From a virus (taxonomy: Duplodnaviria; Caudoviricetes), in the IMG/VR virus record IMGVR_UViG_3300011427_000001, positions 9,188 through 73,187 of that record: a stretch of 64,000 nt of DNA. One strand, given 5' to 3'. The notes beneath the pieces were generated by a model. It was given only the letters and a program-made list of their open reading frames with translations. It ran no database searches and was not told where the DNA came from. This document shows positions 60,937-64,000 of the stretch, one piece after another (position 1 is the first letter of the stretch; every line of letters starts with the position of its first letter). The position numbers and the translations under genes were made by a program.

Positions 60937-62475
60937 TCAGTAGCTGCTCATCATCCGCTTCTTCTTGCGCTTCTTCATCCCGTATGCGCCCCCGTTGACG
61001 TTGCGGGCAAAGCGTCCACCACCCGCTCCAGCTTCAATCTGCGCCAACTTAGCAGCCGCTACGGGGTCTTCCGGCCTGTCAAGCGTGCCATCGTCCTGCA
61101 GGTTCGCATTCTCGAGAATGGCTTCAGCTATGTCGGTATCGTACCCCATCACGTGCGTCAGGAACTCCAGCGGTTGAATCAGCGTGTCGAGATTGCCCGA
61201 CACATACTTCGTCATCGCCTCGGTCTCGTTCTTGGCGATTTCACTGCGCTCCTTCTTGCTGGGGGCAAATACGTCATCCCACTCCACGAAGAACTTTTCC
61301 AAGAACGACAGCACCCCCAACGCCATCAGCCGCTCAACCACAGGGCGGACAATGTGCGACGTGACGTACTTCTTCCGCCGCTTCTTGATGCGCTTGTTCC
61401 AGTTGCGCTCGTCCTGCGCACCTGCAAGCTGGGCCTCTTCGCTTCCCACGAAAATGCGATAAGGCACACCCAGCGTCATGCACATCAGCTTCACTTGAAT
61501 GTCAACGTGCGCACTCGGGTCGGCCACTTGCGGTGCAAGCGACTTGGCTTCCATACCGGTCAACGCCAGCCAACGCTGCAGGCCGTTTTCGTAGTTCCAC
61601 ATCTCCTTCCGCAAGCTCTTCAGATCCCCCGCCGTCATCTCGGTCGTGCCTGAGGCATTAGGCTGAGTCTGCAGCGACAGCCCCGGGAAGCCTCCCTTCC
61701 AGAACATTTCCCCACTGCCTCCTCCCACCTTGCGAAGGTCCAGCAAGCGGTTGAAGACATACTTCATGCGCGGAGTACCGAACACTTTCGAATTTTTGCA
61801 GTTGTCCGCCACGTGCACACAGCGGGTCCAATGTACCACGACCGAGGTGTACTCAGGAGACGATGCTGTGATGCCGTCCTGGGCCGACTGTGACATGCGG
61901 ATATTGTACGTCTTCGGTTGACCGTAGCGTGGTGACTTGCGGTCGCCTTCAAACGAAGCAATCTCGACCACCGACTCGTCGAAGGCCTGCACATACAGAA
62001 GTTCCCGCTTTGCTGGCTGCTTGACCTCGACATTCACCACACCCGTCTTGGGGTCGATTCCGTCAACCGGGTCTTTCAACTCCTTACCATCGTTGATCCC
62101 GAACACCAAAATGCCGTACCGGCCAATGCCACTGATGCGGTCCACCGTGTTCATCATCTCGAACAGATTGTGCTTCTCCTCCAACGCAATGAACTCTTCC
62201 TCCCATGGCGTGTGCTCGTCACCCTGTTCCTCCAGCACCTCGGGGTCACTCTGCCAGCACTCGTCAGGGTAGATATCCACCACCCGTTTGCCCACCTCGC
62301 GCTCGTACATCCAGGCATACATCGAGACCTCGATGGTCTCAGGGTAGCCGCACTCCTTGTTGATGTCTCGCCGTGGGTCCATCAACTTCTCCAGCAGCTC
62401 ACGACGGAGGAGCATGGCATTGGCCACCATCTCCTGCTCCAGCACTTGGTTCTGGGTAATCAGTGTCCGTCTCAT
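60937..62475 (-). CDS. portal protein (DUF1073-like)
   Basis: KRVVDIYPDECW, RISGIGRYG, VHWTRCVH, GVPYRIFVG..AQL; after terminase and before MuF. Confidence 0.88.
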   Translation of the reverse strand: MRRTLITQNQVLEQEMVANAMLLRRELLEKLMDPRRDINKECGYPETIEVSMYAWMYEREVGKRVVDIYPDECWQSDPEVLEEQGDEHTPWEEEFIALEEKHNLFEMMNTVDRISGIGRYGILVFGINDGKELKDPVDGIDPKTGVVNVEVKQPAKRELLYVQAFDESVVEIASFEGDRKSPRYGQPKTYNIRMSQSAQDGITASSPEYTSVVVHWTRCVHVADNCKNSKVFGTPRMKYVFNRLLDLRKVGGGSGEMFWKGGFPGLSLQTQPNASGTTEMTAGDLKSLRKEMWNYENGLQRWLALTGMEAKSLAPQVADPSAHVDIQVKLMCMTLGVPYRIFVGSEEAQLAGAQDERNWNKRIKKRRKKYVTSHIVRPVVERLMALGVLSFLEKFFVEWDDVFAPSKKERSEIAKNETEAMTKYVSGNLDTLIQPLEFLTHVMGYDTDIAEAILENANLQDDGTLDRPEDPVAAAKLAQIEAGAGGGRFARNVNGGAYGMKKRKKKRMMSSY

Positions 62476-62747
62476 GGTGTGTCCTTGCGTGTTGGGGGTG
62501 GTGTAGGCTCAGGCAATGGGTTTCTGAAGAGTGAAATGGATATCGTGACGAGCAGGGTGGAAAACAGCGTCCAGCCCGCTCCCTTCCACCCCAGCGTGCG
62601 AATATCAATGAGACCTGCGCCCTGTGCAGCTATGCCGGCCGAGAATACCTTCAGCCAGCTAAAGAAGCCATTCACGATGCACGTGCCAATCAGGCGCAGG
62701 TAGAACTGGAGCCAAACCTTCAGTTCCTCATTGGTCAGCCGGTCCAT
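62472..62747 (-). CDS. small multi-TM membrane protein (holin-like)
   Basis: Hydrophobic helices; start reassigned to MDRLT. Confidence 0.6.
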   Translation of the reverse strand: MDRLTNEELKVWLQFYLRLIGTCIVNGFFSWLKVFSAGIAAQGAGLIDIRTLGWKGAGWTLFSTLLVTISISLFRNPLPEPTPPPTRKDTP

Positions 62748-62748
62748 G

Positions 62749-63312
62749 TCAGTGGACCGACAATCGGGTACTGGACTGCGCTGAGCCGAGGGGGTTGGAA
62801 ACGACCACCGTATAGGTCCCCGCACTCGATGGGTTGACTCGGTACAGGGACAGCGCCGGTTTCGTCTCGTTGTAGAACTTGGTGTTGTTCTTCCACCAAC
62901 TGTACGACAACGGCGCATCGCCGGTGACCTCGACAGCCAGCGTCACGTTCGATTGCTTGCGAACCGAAGTCACTGGACTCAACCCCGTCTTGATGACAGG
63001 CTTGCTGGGCGGCACACCGATCACGAGCACAGCGTTATCACTCGTAGCAGAGCCGAACGCATTGGTGGCCCTGACCGCATAAGTCCCGGCATCGTCAACC
63101 GTCGCAGCGAGCGAGATCACAAACACAGCATCAGTCTTGCCGGGCAGGTCAGCGCCATTCTTTTTCCATTGCCAAACGATGGGCGGCGTACCATCAGCAG
63201 TGGCGCTGAACGTAACCTTGGAACCGACGGCGGCGGTGGTGGTTTGCGCGTGCAGGGCTGCACTGGTAAAGAGCAGCAACAGCACGAATAGAAACGAGGT
63301 CAGGTGCTTCAT
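62749..63312 (-). CDS. secreted protein with two Ig I-set domains
   Basis: Signal peptide MKHLTSFLFVLLLLFTSAALHA; WQWKKNG...DAGTYAV.ATN and YSWWKN...AGTYTVVVSN. Confidence 0.85.
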   Translation of the reverse strand: MKHLTSFLFVLLLLFTSAALHAQTTTAAVGSKVTFSATADGTPPIVWQWKKNGADLPGKTDAVFVISLAATVDDAGTYAVRATNAFGSATSDNAVLVIGVPPSKPVIKTGLSPVTSVRKQSNVTLAVEVTGDAPLSYSWWKNNTKFYNETKPALSLYRVNPSSAGTYTVVVSNPLGSAQSSTRLSVH

Positions 63313-63402
63313 GTGATATGTGGTTAATGGTGTTGCAATACAATCCTTCGAACGTGCCCTTGTATTATCAGAGCACGGCACGGAGCAAGCGTGGACTGTC
63401 GC

Positions 63403-64000
63403 TCAGGTTCCCCGCGTACCCTCATCATCTTCACCCTTGTCCGGCTCGCCCCGCGTACCTCCTTCAGCTGTGCCCACTGCAAACGCAATGCCAGCACGCC
63501 GCCTCACCGCGGGGTTCACCATGTTATAGGCACCACTGAGAGCATCCACTCGGTCCTTCTTTTTGCCGAAAGGGAAAAAGCGCATCTCCTCACGCATGGC
63601 CGGCCACCACGGTGCACCCGTGGGCACGTAGACATTGCCGATACCCACTTGACCCGCGATGGGCTCCGCTCGTGTCACCTTGTCTCCCGTCACTTTGTCT
63701 ATGGTGACGCGATAGCCCGGCAACGTCGTATGCACGGTTGTCTGCGCGCTTTCCTTGCCACCACTGCCCGGTTCCTGTTCCACCCCGATGGTCACTTCGA
63801 ACCCGTCGGCCTCAGCGGTCTTGGCAATCTTCATGTTCCGCTCTGTGATGCCCCACTGCCCTGCGTCACAGTCCAGAATCCACACCCGCTTCCACTGGTC
63901 CTTCCCCAGCTTCACCCCTGCCGTATTGGCACCTGCATCCTTGGTGCCCGCCTTGTCCCAATATCGCACGACTGACGTGAATTCAGTCCAATGCGGTTGC
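63403..64000 (-). CDS. terL: terminase large subunit, C-terminal nuclease domain (5' end beyond window)
   Basis: VRYWDKAG, VEQEPGSGGK, DKVTRA, FPFG..KDRVDALS; frame open to 64000. Confidence 0.9.
   Translation of the reverse strand, partial: QPHWTEFTSVVRYWDKAGTKDAGANTAGVKLGKDQWKRVWILDCDAGQWGITERNMKIAKTAEADGFEVTIGVEQEPGSGGKESAQTTVHTTLPGYRVTIDKVTGDKVTRAEPIAGQVGIGNVYVPTGAPWWPAMREEMRFFPFGKKKDRVDALSGAYNMVNPAVRRRAGIAFAVGTAEGGTRGEPDKGEDDEGTRGT

Noticed and set aside
60937-62475. Anti-CBASS Acb1 label often attached to DUF1073 proteins
   Set aside because: Size, motifs and position identify it as the portal; I see no 2H phosphoesterase HxT motifs.
1-64000. tRNA genes, integrase/att sites, tail sheath
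   Set aside because: None recognised. Intergenic gaps are too short or lack cloverleaf features. Lifestyle cannot be called because the genome extends beyond the window.

Overview
Most of the genome of a tailed dsDNA bacteriophage with a siphovirus-type gene set. There is no tail sheath, and I found no integrase, tRNA or CRISPR array. Nearly all genes are on the minus strand. Reading right to left: terminase (truncated at the window edge), a secreted Ig-domain protein, portal, MuF, a glycosyltransferase/methyltransferase island, protease-scaffold, decoration protein, encapsulin-like major capsid, head-tail and tail genes (with a -1 frameshifted chaperone), tail fibre and a membrane/lysis module. 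A convergent plus-strand operon (GNAT, split SbcC/Rad50, SbcD/Mre11) follows. Then come an early operon, a self-contained replication/recombination block (sigma-like factor, SNF2 helicase, primase, initiator, DnaB-like helicase, beta-clamp, clamp loader, split PolA, SSB, UvsY-like, RecA, 5'-3' exonuclease, resolvase) containing a 7-deazaguanine DNA-modification cluster (QueD, QueE, FolE2, DpdL-like, DpdA), and a second early operon. Highlights: (1) a QueC-less deazaguanine cluster that also carries a glycosyltransferase, an FkbM methyltransferase and an apparently split DpdA; (2) an unannotated type II hammerhead ribozyme inside an early operon; (3) a shared RG(x)F(G)F terminal motif on replication and modification enzymes that may be a phage-specific clamp-binding signal; (4) a duplicated promoter plus leader cassette heading both early operons; (5) a Rad50 apparently encoded as three polypeptides. 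All protein family calls come from motif recognition by eye, not database searches. The host (possibly Verrucomicrobiota or another PVC group) is an inference.
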